From contig CAVZDU010000008.1 in assembly GCA_963774265.1 (NCBI GenBank), positions 160,001-224,000 on the forward strand: 64,000 nt of DNA. The letters run 5' to 3'. The position numbers were made by a program, and so were the translations under genes. Under the pieces are notes generated by a model. It made no database searches. It saw nothing but the letters and a program-made list of their open reading frames with translations, and was not told the origin of the DNA. Below are positions 20,405 to 28,770 of the stretch, piece by piece (within the stretch, counting starts at the first letter, position 1; every line of letters starts with the position of its first letter). The stretch comes from an uncultured Chloroflexia bacterium. GTDB lineage: Bacteria; Chloroflexota; Anaerolineae; CG2-30-64-16.

Positions 20405-21244
20405 CTAAACGCGCTTCTGACCTAGCAGCCAGCGATGGTGCGACCAGATTTGCTTGATCTTCCACGGCAGCCGCCACCGCTCCAGCCAGGCATATTTCAT
20501 CACGCGCCTGTAGAGGTCGTAGTCCTTGCCGAGATAGTAATCCATCGTCGACCAGCGCCACCCCTCGCCCGTAAACCGCCCTTCGAGCTTCTTCGAACGG
20601 ATGCCGATCTTGCGCAGCAGTTGGGCAGCGGGCATAACCGTGTCCGGCCACGGCGGGGTGTCCAACACGCCTTGCTCCAGGATCGCGACCCCCATGCCTT
20701 CCAGCGTCCGCCGGATCATGCCAATGTCGGTCCAGCGCTCGTCGACCTCATTCACAAACTCCGGTTCGACGATGTGCTTACGCACCTGGTAACCGACCTG
20801 CACCGGATTGGGCACGGCCACAAAGACGAGCTTATTGCTGACGCGCACCAACTCAGACAGGAGCGCAGCGGGCTCCTTCAGCCGCCAGATCGCCGCCCAG
20901 TTCCAGGCAAGCTCGAACTGGTTGTCAGGAAAGGGTAGCCTGGACCAGTCGTTCACCTGCGCGAAGCGTGCGGATAGCCCCAGCTCGCGCCAAATGCGCT
21001 GCACGCCTGCGAGGCGCTCCGCATCGTCGTCAACCAGGGTGACAGGTGTCTTGATGCGCGACAAGGCCACACTGTTGATCCCACTGACGCCAGCCATGCC
21101 GAACAAAGGCGCCTCAATCACATTGGCAAAGCCATAGCGGCCCTTAAGACTCAGTAGGAAGTCGTTAAGGACAAATCGCTCGTAGACCAGACCGAGGCCT
21201 TCGTTGTAGTCGGTGAGATATCTTTTCCAGGTGGGTTCAGTCAC
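20405..21244 (-). CDS. Class I SAM-dependent methyltransferase-like protein
   Basis: LPFPDNQFELAW and LLSELVRVSNKLVFV motifs (Methyltransf_11-like); motif I is atypical (EAPLFGMAGVSG). Confidence 0.65.
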   Translation of the reverse strand: MTEPTWKRYLTDYNEGLGLVYERFVLNDFLLSLKGRYGFANVIEAPLFGMAGVSGINSVALSRIKTPVTLVDDDAERLAGVQRIWRELGLSARFAQVNDWSRLPFPDNQFELAWNWAAIWRLKEPAALLSELVRVSNKLVFVAVPNPVQVGYQVRKHIVEPEFVNEVDERWTDIGMIRRTLEGMGVAILEQGVLDTPPWPDTVMPAAQLLRKIGIRSKKLEGRFTGEGWRWSTMDYYLGKDYDLYRRVMKYAWLERWRLPWKIKQIWSHHRWLLGQKRV

Positions 21245-21356
21245 AGTGAAACGCTCCGAGAGGCAAGTCTATCATAGGCATGGCAGGATATGCTAAAGGT
21301 CGCTTTACGACTTACCCCGGACAGATTAGAATGACACAACAAGGAGCTGATAATAA

Positions 21357-22340
21357 GTGGCCGGACAAGACATTCTCATCACCGGGATCAATGGATTCAT
21401 TGCCAGCCATCTCGCCGAGCGCCTCCTGCAACACGGCGTAGGTGTACGCGGCTCCGCACGGCGGCCTGCCGCAGCAAACTGGCTTGCAGAGCGTGGCATT
21501 GACATCGCATGGGCGGATCTGTCAGATCGGCAAGCGCTTGGCCGTGCAATGACCGGCTGCCGCTCTGTCGTTCACGCTGCGGCCTGGACCGGAGGGCCGG
21601 AGCTGCCGCCGGAGACCGGTTACCAGGTCAACGTCGACGGAACCGCCAACGTCCTCGCTGCAGCCCAAGCGGCCGGCGTCGGGCGTTTCATCTACATCAG
21701 TAGCGTAGCAGTATACGGGCCGAACCGTGCGCCGCTGATTGACGAGATTGCGCCCACGCCACGCGTTGGCCAGGCCTACCCGGACAGCAAGATCGTTGCC
21801 GAGGCGCTGGTGCGCAGGTCTGGTCTGCCTTTCGTCATCGTCCGCCCGGCCTCCACCTACGGCCCGCGCGGCACAGCGTGGACGCTCGGACCGGTCGAGA
21901 AGATCAAAGCGGGCCGATTGGTCCTGGTCGGGCAAGATCGGGGTCTGGTGACTCCAGGTTACATCGACAACGTGGTCGACGGATTGATTCTCGCGTTAGG
22001 CCACAACGCTGCGCTCGGTGAAGCCTTCAATCTGTGCGATGACCTGGCAGTCAGCTATCGCCAATTCTATCTCTCGTACGCGCACATGCTCGGCCTCTCT
22101 ACTCTCCCTACGTTGCCCGGCATCGTGGCGCACCTCGCTCGCCTGGGCCCAGCGCAACTGATGCGCCGTGTAACCGGCCGGCCCTCCGCCGGCCCCTGGT
22201 CACTGCACTTCCGGTTTAATCCATCGCAGTTCAGCGTCGCCAAGGCGAAGCTCCGGCTTGGTTACGAGCCCACGATTGGCTTCGAAGAAGGTATGCGCCG
22301 GACGGAGGCATGGCTGCGCGCATCAGGCATCATTCCGTAA
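21357..22340 (+). CDS. NAD-dependent epimerase/dehydratase (extended SDR)
   Basis: ITGINGFIASH, HAAA, NVDGT, SSVAVYG and YPDSK (YxxxK) motifs. Confidence 0.9.
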   Translation: MAGQDILITGINGFIASHLAERLLQHGVGVRGSARRPAAANWLAERGIDIAWADLSDRQALGRAMTGCRSVVHAAAWTGGPELPPETGYQVNVDGTANVLAAAQAAGVGRFIYISSVAVYGPNRAPLIDEIAPTPRVGQAYPDSKIVAEALVRRSGLPFVIVRPASTYGPRGTAWTLGPVEKIKAGRLVLVGQDRGLVTPGYIDNVVDGLILALGHNAALGEAFNLCDDLAVSYRQFYLSYAHMLGLSTLPTLPGIVAHLARLGPAQLMRRVTGRPSAGPWSLHFRFNPSQFSVAKAKLRLGYEPTIGFEEGMRRTEAWLRASGIIP

Positions 22341-22389
22341 AGCGCGCAGTTTATTGCCCCATGCTGTGCTTTGGGCTATACTCATTAAA

Positions 22390-23712
22390 ATGCGTGTTTA
22401 CTTAGAAACCCTGGGCTGCCGGCTCAATTACGCCGAAATGGCCACCCTGGGGCGCCAGTTGGCTGCAGCCGGCCACCATTTGGCCTCATCCGCCGCTGAG
22501 GCGGATCTCTGTGTGCTTAATAGTTGTGCGGTCACCGGCCAGGCCGCCCGCCAGAGTCGCCAGATAGCCCGCCAGATGGCGCGCATCAATCCGGCGACGA
22601 AGCTGATTATCACCGGCTGCTATGCAACACTGGCGGAAGAAGCCGTCGCGCTCTTGCCCAACGTGACCCTGGTGGTGAGCAACTCGGGCAAAGACGAACT
22701 ATTATCGGTGATCCAGGCTGTGGCGGGCGATGTCGCTCCTCCGGATCACTTAACTGTTGGGGTAGGCGCCCCTGCTGTTGACCCCAGCCCGGGCCGCACA
22801 CGTGCATTCATAAAGGTGCAAGACGGTTGCCGCAATCATTGCACATTCTGTATTGTGACGGTGGCCCGAGGAGACGAGCGAAGCCGATCGATACCCGATC
22901 TTGTAGCAGAGGTTCAGGACCTCCACTCCGAGGGTTACCAGGAGGCGGTGTTGACCGGCGTGCACTTGGGCGGCTATGGGTCTGATCTGGCTGCCGGTCT
23001 ATCCGATCTCATCTCGGCGCTCCTGCAGGACACAGATATTCCGCGGCTGCGCCTATCGTCGCTCGAGCCGTTCGACCTGAATCCGAACTTCTTCGACTTG
23101 TGGTCGCAGGCCGGTGGCCGTCTGATGCCGCACCTGCACCTGCCCGCCCAGTCCGGCAGCGACACGGTACTGAGGCGCATGGCGCGACGCAATCGTGTCG
23201 CCGATTTCGAGAGACTGGTCGATGCCGCCCGATCGAGAATTCCGGATCTGACGATCACGACTGACCTGATCGTTGGCTTCCCCGGGGAGACCGAGTCAGA
23301 TTTCGAGCATACCGTCGCCTTTGCGCAGCGTATTGGCTTTGCACACATGCACGTGTTCCCATACTCGGCCCGAGAGGGAACTGCGGCAGCCCAATTTGCA
23401 GGTCAAGTGCCTGAGGTTGTGCGCAAGCACCGCGTCCACATCCTGACGGACCTCGATGAAAGCTGCGGCGCCTCGGTGCGTGCATCCTTCGTCGGCCAAA
23501 CGCGGCCCGTCCTGTGGGAGTACGAAACCGAACAAGACCACCCGACGCTTGGCATGGGACGCGCGTGGTCCGGCCTCACGGACAACTACCTGCGCGTGCG
23601 CGCGGGCGCGCCAATGGACAGAGACCTGCACAACCGGATTACCGAAGTCCACCTGACAGGTCTCATCGGAGATGATCTGGCGGGAGAGATCTCAAGGAGA
23701 AAACATCTATGA
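22390..23712 (+). CDS. mtaB: tRNA t6A37 methylthiotransferase (radical SAM)
   Basis: TLGCRLNYAE, NSCAVT, KVQDGCRNHCTFC and HLPAQSGSD motifs; next to yqeY. Start taken as ATG 22390. Confidence 0.85.
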   Translation: MRVYLETLGCRLNYAEMATLGRQLAAAGHHLASSAAEADLCVLNSCAVTGQAARQSRQIARQMARINPATKLIITGCYATLAEEAVALLPNVTLVVSNSGKDELLSVIQAVAGDVAPPDHLTVGVGAPAVDPSPGRTRAFIKVQDGCRNHCTFCIVTVARGDERSRSIPDLVAEVQDLHSEGYQEAVLTGVHLGGYGSDLAAGLSDLISALLQDTDIPRLRLSSLEPFDLNPNFFDLWSQAGGRLMPHLHLPAQSGSDTVLRRMARRNRVADFERLVDAARSRIPDLTITTDLIVGFPGETESDFEHTVAFAQRIGFAHMHVFPYSAREGTAAAQFAGQVPEVVRKHRVHILTDLDESCGASVRASFVGQTRPVLWEYETEQDHPTLGMGRAWSGLTDNYLRVRAGAPMDRDLHNRITEVHLTGLIGDDLAGEISRRKHL

Positions 23713-24164
23713 CTCTTGAAGAACACCTAGACGCGGACCTGAAGGAGGCCATGCGCAGCGGCGACTCTGTGCGAAAGCTCGCAATCCGAGCTGTGAAGAC
23801 GGCAGTAACCGAAGCCAAAGTCGCCGGCGCTGAGCAGCGCGCGCTGACCGACGAGGACGTATTGCGCCTCATCCAGCGGCAAGTAAAGCAGCGCCGCGAC
23901 AGCATTGCCGAGTTCGCCAAGGGCGGCCGCACTGACCTGATCGGCAAAGAGGAGGCGGAGATCGCGATCTTGGAGCAATACCTGCCTGCGCAGCTCGGCG
24001 AGGCTGAGATTCGTGCGCGAGCGCAGGCGGTCATTGAAGAACTGGGTGCAGCGGACCAAAAAGCCATGGGGCCGGTGATGAAACGATTGACAGCAGACCT
24101 GCGGGGCCAGGCTGACGGCACGTTGGTCAGCCGCGTGGTGCGCGAATTACTGTCTCCGCGGTAA
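23709..24164 (+). CDS. yqeY: GatB/YqeY domain protein
   Basis: DLKEAMR, KQRRDSIAEF, GRTDL, YLPAQL, MGPVM and GQADG motifs. Confidence 0.92.
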   Translation: MTLEEHLDADLKEAMRSGDSVRKLAIRAVKTAVTEAKVAGAEQRALTDEDVLRLIQRQVKQRRDSIAEFAKGGRTDLIGKEEAEIAILEQYLPAQLGEAEIRARAQAVIEELGAADQKAMGPVMKRLTADLRGQADGTLVSRVVRELLSPR

Positions 24165-24182
24165 GGGATTCTGGCAACGGTT

Positions 24183-26435
24183 ATGGCGGACACCACGCCT
24201 GATACCGGTCCTGTGCGCCGGTCCTATCCACTGCGGGGGGAGGACATTCCCTGGGCAGCGCGAGTGCGCGTCCTCATCATCTGGCTGGTTCTGGTCGCCC
24301 TCATCACTCTCATCCTGGTCATTCGCCTGCCGTTGAGCGGCCAGGTTACCCTCGACGTGGGCGACGTCTCGCCACGCGATATTATTGCCCCTCGACAAGC
24401 CACCTACGTTAGTGATGTCCAAACGAATCAGCGCCGCGACATGGCTGCTAATAGCGTCGGTGAAGTCTATGATCTGCCACAGGCGCGCATCGGCCGCCAG
24501 CAACTCACGTTGTCCGGACAGATCCTTGAATACATCAACTCGGTTCGGGCCGATAGTTTTGCAGATTTGACTGCGAAGGTGGCGTCCATCCAGGCAGTGG
24601 ACGCCCTCGACCTGCCAGACACTGTGGTGAATCGGATTGTGACGCTGCCCGGCCCCGCGTGGGAACGCATCACCGCCGAAATTCAGGTCGTTCTCGAACG
24701 CGCGATGCGTGAGGAAATACGGGAGAACACCTTGGCCGATGAGCGGCGCAAGGTCGCGGCCCGGGTCCGCCTGGACTTCGCCGACGAGGATGCTGCAGTC
24801 GTGAGCGAGCTGGTGCAAGACCTCCTCGTTCCCAACAGTTTCTACAATGCGGAGCGGACCGAACAACGCCGGGCAGAGGCCCGGGAGGCTGTTGAGCCGA
24901 TCACGGAAACACTTGAGCGCAATGAAGTCATCCTGCGCACAGGCGATATTGTCACGGACCTCGATGTGGAGGCGCTGAAGGCATTAGGCCTCCAACAGCC
25001 GACGTGGTCATGGCAAGACCTGGTCGAAGCTGCCGGCTTCGTCTTGCTTCTCGGCCTGGTCTTTTTGTACTACCTGTGGCGCAAGCACCCGGGACTCTGG
25101 CTGGAACACAGCCAGGTGTTGCTGCTGGGCCTGGTCATTGTGGTGTACATGTTGGCCGCAAAGATGACGATCCCAGTGCGCACAGTCGCGCCATACATTT
25201 TCCCATACGCTGCACTTACAATCATCCTGGGCATCGCGCTGAATCCGCACATTGCTGTTATCACCTGTGCATTGACGACGCTCGCGGTCGGCTTCCTGAC
25301 AGGCGGCAGCGTTGAGTTGATGACTTACGCCTTCGCAGGCTCGATCGTCGGCATGCTTAAGGTTCGCCGGGGCGAGCGACTGGCTTCCTTTGCCTGGGGG
25401 GTGCTCTACATCGCGTTGATCAATCTGGCGGCCATCGCTGCGTTTCGCCTGGCCGGCGGACAGTGGGACTGGCGGGGCCTTTTGGAGTTGAGCAGCGCGG
25501 CGATCGGCAACGCGCTGATCTCCATGACCGTCAGCCTTGTCGGTCTGTATATACTCGGCGCACTCTTCGGGATCACCACTTCGCTGCAACTCTTCGAAAT
25601 CTCACGACCCACGCATCCCTTGTTGCGTCAGTTGTTACTCAAAGCGCCCGGCACCTACCACCACACGCTGATCGTCAGCAACATGGCTGAACGTGCAGCC
25701 GAGGCGATCGGTGCGGATGCGCTGCTCACCCGCGTCGGCGCCTACTATCACGATGTCGGCAAAACGATTCGCCCGTATTTCTTCGTCGAGAATCGCACCG
25801 AGGGGATGGACCCGCACGCGCGGCTGGATCCATACACCAGCGCACAAATCATCGTCACGCACGTGAAGGATGGCATCGATCTGGCGCGCAAGTACCGGCT
25901 CCCCCAGCGCATCATCAGCTTCATCCCTGAGCACCAGGGCACGCTGCTGGTGTCGTTTTTCTATCACCAGGCCGTGCAGCAGGCCGGCTCAGCGGATAAG
26001 GTCGACAAGAGCCAGTTCCAGTACCCTGGCCCCAAACCTCGCAGTCGTGAGACAGCACTTACGATGTTGGCCGACGGTGCAGAAGCTACCGTACGCGCTC
26101 GGCGGCCGGCGTCGATTGAGGAGCTCGATCATATAGTCGGCGAGAGCATCCAAAGCCGGGTGCTATCCGGCCAACTGGATGAGTGTCCACTCACCCTCGC
26201 CGATCTCGCCACGGTCCGCCGCGCGTTTGTGGACGTACTCCGCGGCCTGCATCACCCGCGCGTGGCCTATCCCGGCGAGACGCCCGCGCCTGCACAGGAG
26301 GGAGCGAGCAGTGACGCCCCGGCTACAGTCCAGTTAAGCCCAACAGCAAGCGCCAATGGCGCCGACAACGACGACGAGGAGGTGTCAAGTGGGTCCGTCT
26401 CATACCCCGCCAACGGCGCCCAATCCGCCTTTTGA
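24183..26435 (+). CDS. 7TM-HD (HDIG) phosphohydrolase, PgpH/YqfF-like
   Basis: Extracellular domain, 7 TMs, then APGTYHH, YYHDVGK, FFVEN, HVKDG, EHQGT, YPGPKP and MLAD motifs. Confidence 0.9.
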   Translation: MADTTPDTGPVRRSYPLRGEDIPWAARVRVLIIWLVLVALITLILVIRLPLSGQVTLDVGDVSPRDIIAPRQATYVSDVQTNQRRDMAANSVGEVYDLPQARIGRQQLTLSGQILEYINSVRADSFADLTAKVASIQAVDALDLPDTVVNRIVTLPGPAWERITAEIQVVLERAMREEIRENTLADERRKVAARVRLDFADEDAAVVSELVQDLLVPNSFYNAERTEQRRAEAREAVEPITETLERNEVILRTGDIVTDLDVEALKALGLQQPTWSWQDLVEAAGFVLLLGLVFLYYLWRKHPGLWLEHSQVLLLGLVIVVYMLAAKMTIPVRTVAPYIFPYAALTIILGIALNPHIAVITCALTTLAVGFLTGGSVELMTYAFAGSIVGMLKVRRGERLASFAWGVLYIALINLAAIAAFRLAGGQWDWRGLLELSSAAIGNALISMTVSLVGLYILGALFGITTSLQLFEISRPTHPLLRQLLLKAPGTYHHTLIVSNMAERAAEAIGADALLTRVGAYYHDVGKTIRPYFFVENRTEGMDPHARLDPYTSAQIIVTHVKDGIDLARKYRLPQRIISFIPEHQGTLLVSFFYHQAVQQAGSADKVDKSQFQYPGPKPRSRETALTMLADGAEATVRARRPASIEELDHIVGESIQSRVLSGQLDECPLTLADLATVRRAFVDVLRGLHHPRVAYPGETPAPAQEGASSDAPATVQLSPTASANGADNDDEEVSSGSVSYPANGAQSAF

Positions 26436-26889
26436 GGAAGACGAGCGACCGATCGTGATCCAGGTCGATGACGAATTCCTCGCCGAGGTAGAGGTGCAGG
26501 ACCTCACCAAGGCTGTTGAGGCAACTCTGGCGTTCGAGGCTCGCGTGGGAGAAGTCACCGTGGTTATCACAACGGACGAGGCGGTGGCGGAGCTCAACCA
26601 ACAGTATCGCGACACGGAAGGTCCAACCGATGTTCTCTCCTTTCCGGCGCAGGATCCGACTCCGGGTTTCGTCACCGCACCTGAGATGGCGGCCTACCTG
26701 GGCGACATTATCATCGCACTCCCCTACACGCGGAGCCAGGCCGCCAACCTGAACCACCCACTGCGCGATGAACTGCGTTTGCTGGCCGTCCACGGCGTGC
26801 TTCACCTGCTCGGCTATGATCACGCTGATCAGGCAGAGGAGGCCAGCATGTGGTCCAGGCAAGAGGCGATTCTTGCGCGCCTTCCTTAG
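26389..26889 (+). CDS. ybeY: rRNA maturation endoribonuclease
   Basis: LNQQYR, PTDVLSF, LGDIII and HGVLHLLGYDH motifs; GAGGAGGT RBS before GTG 26389 (GTG 26455 is an alternative start). Confidence 0.92.
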   Translation: MGPSHTPPTAPNPPFEEDERPIVIQVDDEFLAEVEVQDLTKAVEATLAFEARVGEVTVVITTDEAVAELNQQYRDTEGPTDVLSFPAQDPTPGFVTAPEMAAYLGDIIIALPYTRSQAANLNHPLRDELRLLAVHGVLHLLGYDHADQAEEASMWSRQEAILARLP

Positions 26890-27241
26890 AAGCTTCAAAT
26901 ACGCGGCCGAGGGCATCGCCCATGGCCTGCGTACGCAGCGAAACATGCGTGTGGAACTGGGCGTCGCCCTGATCGTGGTGCTCGCCGGTGCTCTGTTCCG
27001 ACTCGCCGCGGTTGAGTGGGCGGTGATCTTCGTCTGCATCGGCCTTGTGCTGAGCGCCGAGCTGATCAACACCGTGATTGAGCTGGCGGTGGATCTCTTG
27101 ACTCAGCACTATCATCCAATGGCAAAGGTGGCCAAAGATGCCGGCGCCGGCGCGGTGCTGATTGCGGCGCTGACCTCTGTTGCGGTTGGCATCGCAGTCT
27201 TCGGCCCGCGTTTGTGGCGCATACTGTTCGGAGAAGGATAA
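26873..27241 (+). CDS. dgkA: Diacylglycerol/undecaprenol kinase
   Basis: SFKYAAEGI, QRNMR, ELINTVIE and AKDAGAGAVL motifs; start estimated at TTG 26873. Confidence 0.88.
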   Translation: MRAFLRSFKYAAEGIAHGLRTQRNMRVELGVALIVVLAGALFRLAAVEWAVIFVCIGLVLSAELINTVIELAVDLLTQHYHPMAKVAKDAGAGAVLIAALTSVAVGIAVFGPRLWRILFGEG

Positions 27242-28240
27242 ATGAGGACCTCAATGACACGGCACGAGCGCCTGCAGGCCACCTTCATGGGTGCACCTGT
27301 GGACCGCACTGCAGTTGCACTCTGGCGGCACTTCCCCGGCGACGATCAACGCCCTGCCGATCTCGCGGCCGCCACACTGATGTGGCAGGCGACATGGGAC
27401 TGGGACTTCATAAAAGTGTCTCCGGCCAGCAGTTTTTGCCTGGTGGACTGGGGTGTGGAAGATCGTTGGGTGGGCGGCGACGAGGGCAACCGCCAGTACG
27501 GTAGCCGCGTGGTGACTTCAGCACAAGATTGGGCGCGATTATCCTTGCTCAACCCAACCCAGGGCGCGCTAGGAGGCCAGATCGATTGTCTGCGCCGCAT
27601 TCATGAAAGTGCAGGCAAAGAACTCCCCTTCATTCAAACAATCTTCAGCCCGCTGGCCCAGGCAAAAAACCTGGCCGGTGCAGAGCGGCTGATCGTCCAT
27701 CTTCGCCAGACGCCTGACCTCGTCCACGCCGCGCTCGAAGTCATCACTCAGACCACCCTGCGTTTCATCGAAGTGGCGAAGACCACCGGCATTGCGGGCA
27801 TCTATTACGCGGTGCAGCTGGCCAACTTCGGCCTGTTGAGCGAGGCGGAGTACCGTGCCTTCGGTGAACCGTATGACCGGCGTATTCTCGAAGCCGTAAG
27901 TGACTGCTGGTTCAACATGGTGCACCTGCACGGCCTCGAGGGCATGTTCGACCTTGTCGCTGCATACCCCGCGCACGCTTTGAATTGGCACGATCGCGAA
28001 TCTGGCCCGGCCTTAGGCGAAGGGGCACAGCGTTTCGGCGGTGCGGTGTGCGGCGGCCTGGAGCACTGGGATCATCTTTTGCGCGGGGAACCGGATCAGA
28101 TTAATGCCCTCATCCGGGAAGCGATAGATCAGACCGGAGGCAGCCGGCTCATCGTCTCATCTGGCTGCGTTGCGCCCGTTAACGCGCCGTTCTCGAATCT
28201 GCGCGCGGTGCGTCAATCAGTTGAGGGCCACATCGCGTGA
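27242..28240 (+). CDS. Uroporphyrinogen decarboxylase (URO-D) superfamily protein
   Basis: ERLQA..G..VDR..V.LW.H, QTIFSPL, HLHG, LNW and IVSSGC motifs; lacks the HemE MRQAGR motif. Confidence 0.8.
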   Translation: MRTSMTRHERLQATFMGAPVDRTAVALWRHFPGDDQRPADLAAATLMWQATWDWDFIKVSPASSFCLVDWGVEDRWVGGDEGNRQYGSRVVTSAQDWARLSLLNPTQGALGGQIDCLRRIHESAGKELPFIQTIFSPLAQAKNLAGAERLIVHLRQTPDLVHAALEVITQTTLRFIEVAKTTGIAGIYYAVQLANFGLLSEAEYRAFGEPYDRRILEAVSDCWFNMVHLHGLEGMFDLVAAYPAHALNWHDRESGPALGEGAQRFGGAVCGGLEHWDHLLRGEPDQINALIREAIDQTGGSRLIVSSGCVAPVNAPFSNLRAVRQSVEGHIA

Positions 28241-28770
28241 GCGGCCAGCCCTCCCTCAACGCTCCATATTCCTACTGTCCACGCTGCGGTGCACCGCTGG
28301 CCGAAGGCGAGAAGTTCGGTCGGCTCCGGCGTTTCTGTCGCTACTGCGGCTTTATCCATTTCACCGATCCAAAGGTCGCGGTTGCGGCGCTCGTAACCAA
28401 TGGCCGACGCGTGCTTCTGGTGCGCCGCCTGGCGATCCCTCGCATCGGCTATTGGGCCCTGCCCGCGGGCTATATGGACGCAGACGAGGATCCCGAGGAA
28501 GCGCTTGTGCGCGAGGTGCTCGAGGAGACCGGCATTCGAGTTCGCGTGAGCACGTTCGATCGCGTTGCACCCCTCGCCGGCTGGGACGAGCGCCGCGGCA
28601 TCCTGCTGCTCTACCGGGCAGAGGCGATCGAAGGTGAAGCCACGGGTGGCGACGATGTCAGCGAAGCCCGCTGGTTTGGGGCCGAAGAGATCCCCTGGCA
28701 CGCGTTGGCGTTTGACTCGACCAAGGAGCTGGTACGCGCCTGGGTCAGCGAACTCAGTCAGGATCCCTAG
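28237..28770 (+). CDS. NUDIX hydrolase with N-terminal zinc ribbon
   Basis: YCPRCG...CRYCG zinc ribbon; WALPAGYMDADEDPEEALVREVLEETG Nudix box. Confidence 0.9.
   Translation: MSGQPSLNAPYSYCPRCGAPLAEGEKFGRLRRFCRYCGFIHFTDPKVAVAALVTNGRRVLLVRRLAIPRIGYWALPAGYMDADEDPEEALVREVLEETGIRVRVSTFDRVAPLAGWDERRGILLLYRAEAIEGEATGGDDVSEARWFGAEEIPWHALAFDSTKELVRAWVSELSQDP

Noticed and set aside
22258-22389. N-terminal extension of mtaB in the ORF track
   Set aside because: Overlaps the epimerase gene; family homology starts at MRVYLETLGC (22390).
27242-28240. Calling this gene hemE
   Set aside because: Lacks the MRQAGR signature and has no heme-biosynthesis neighbours.
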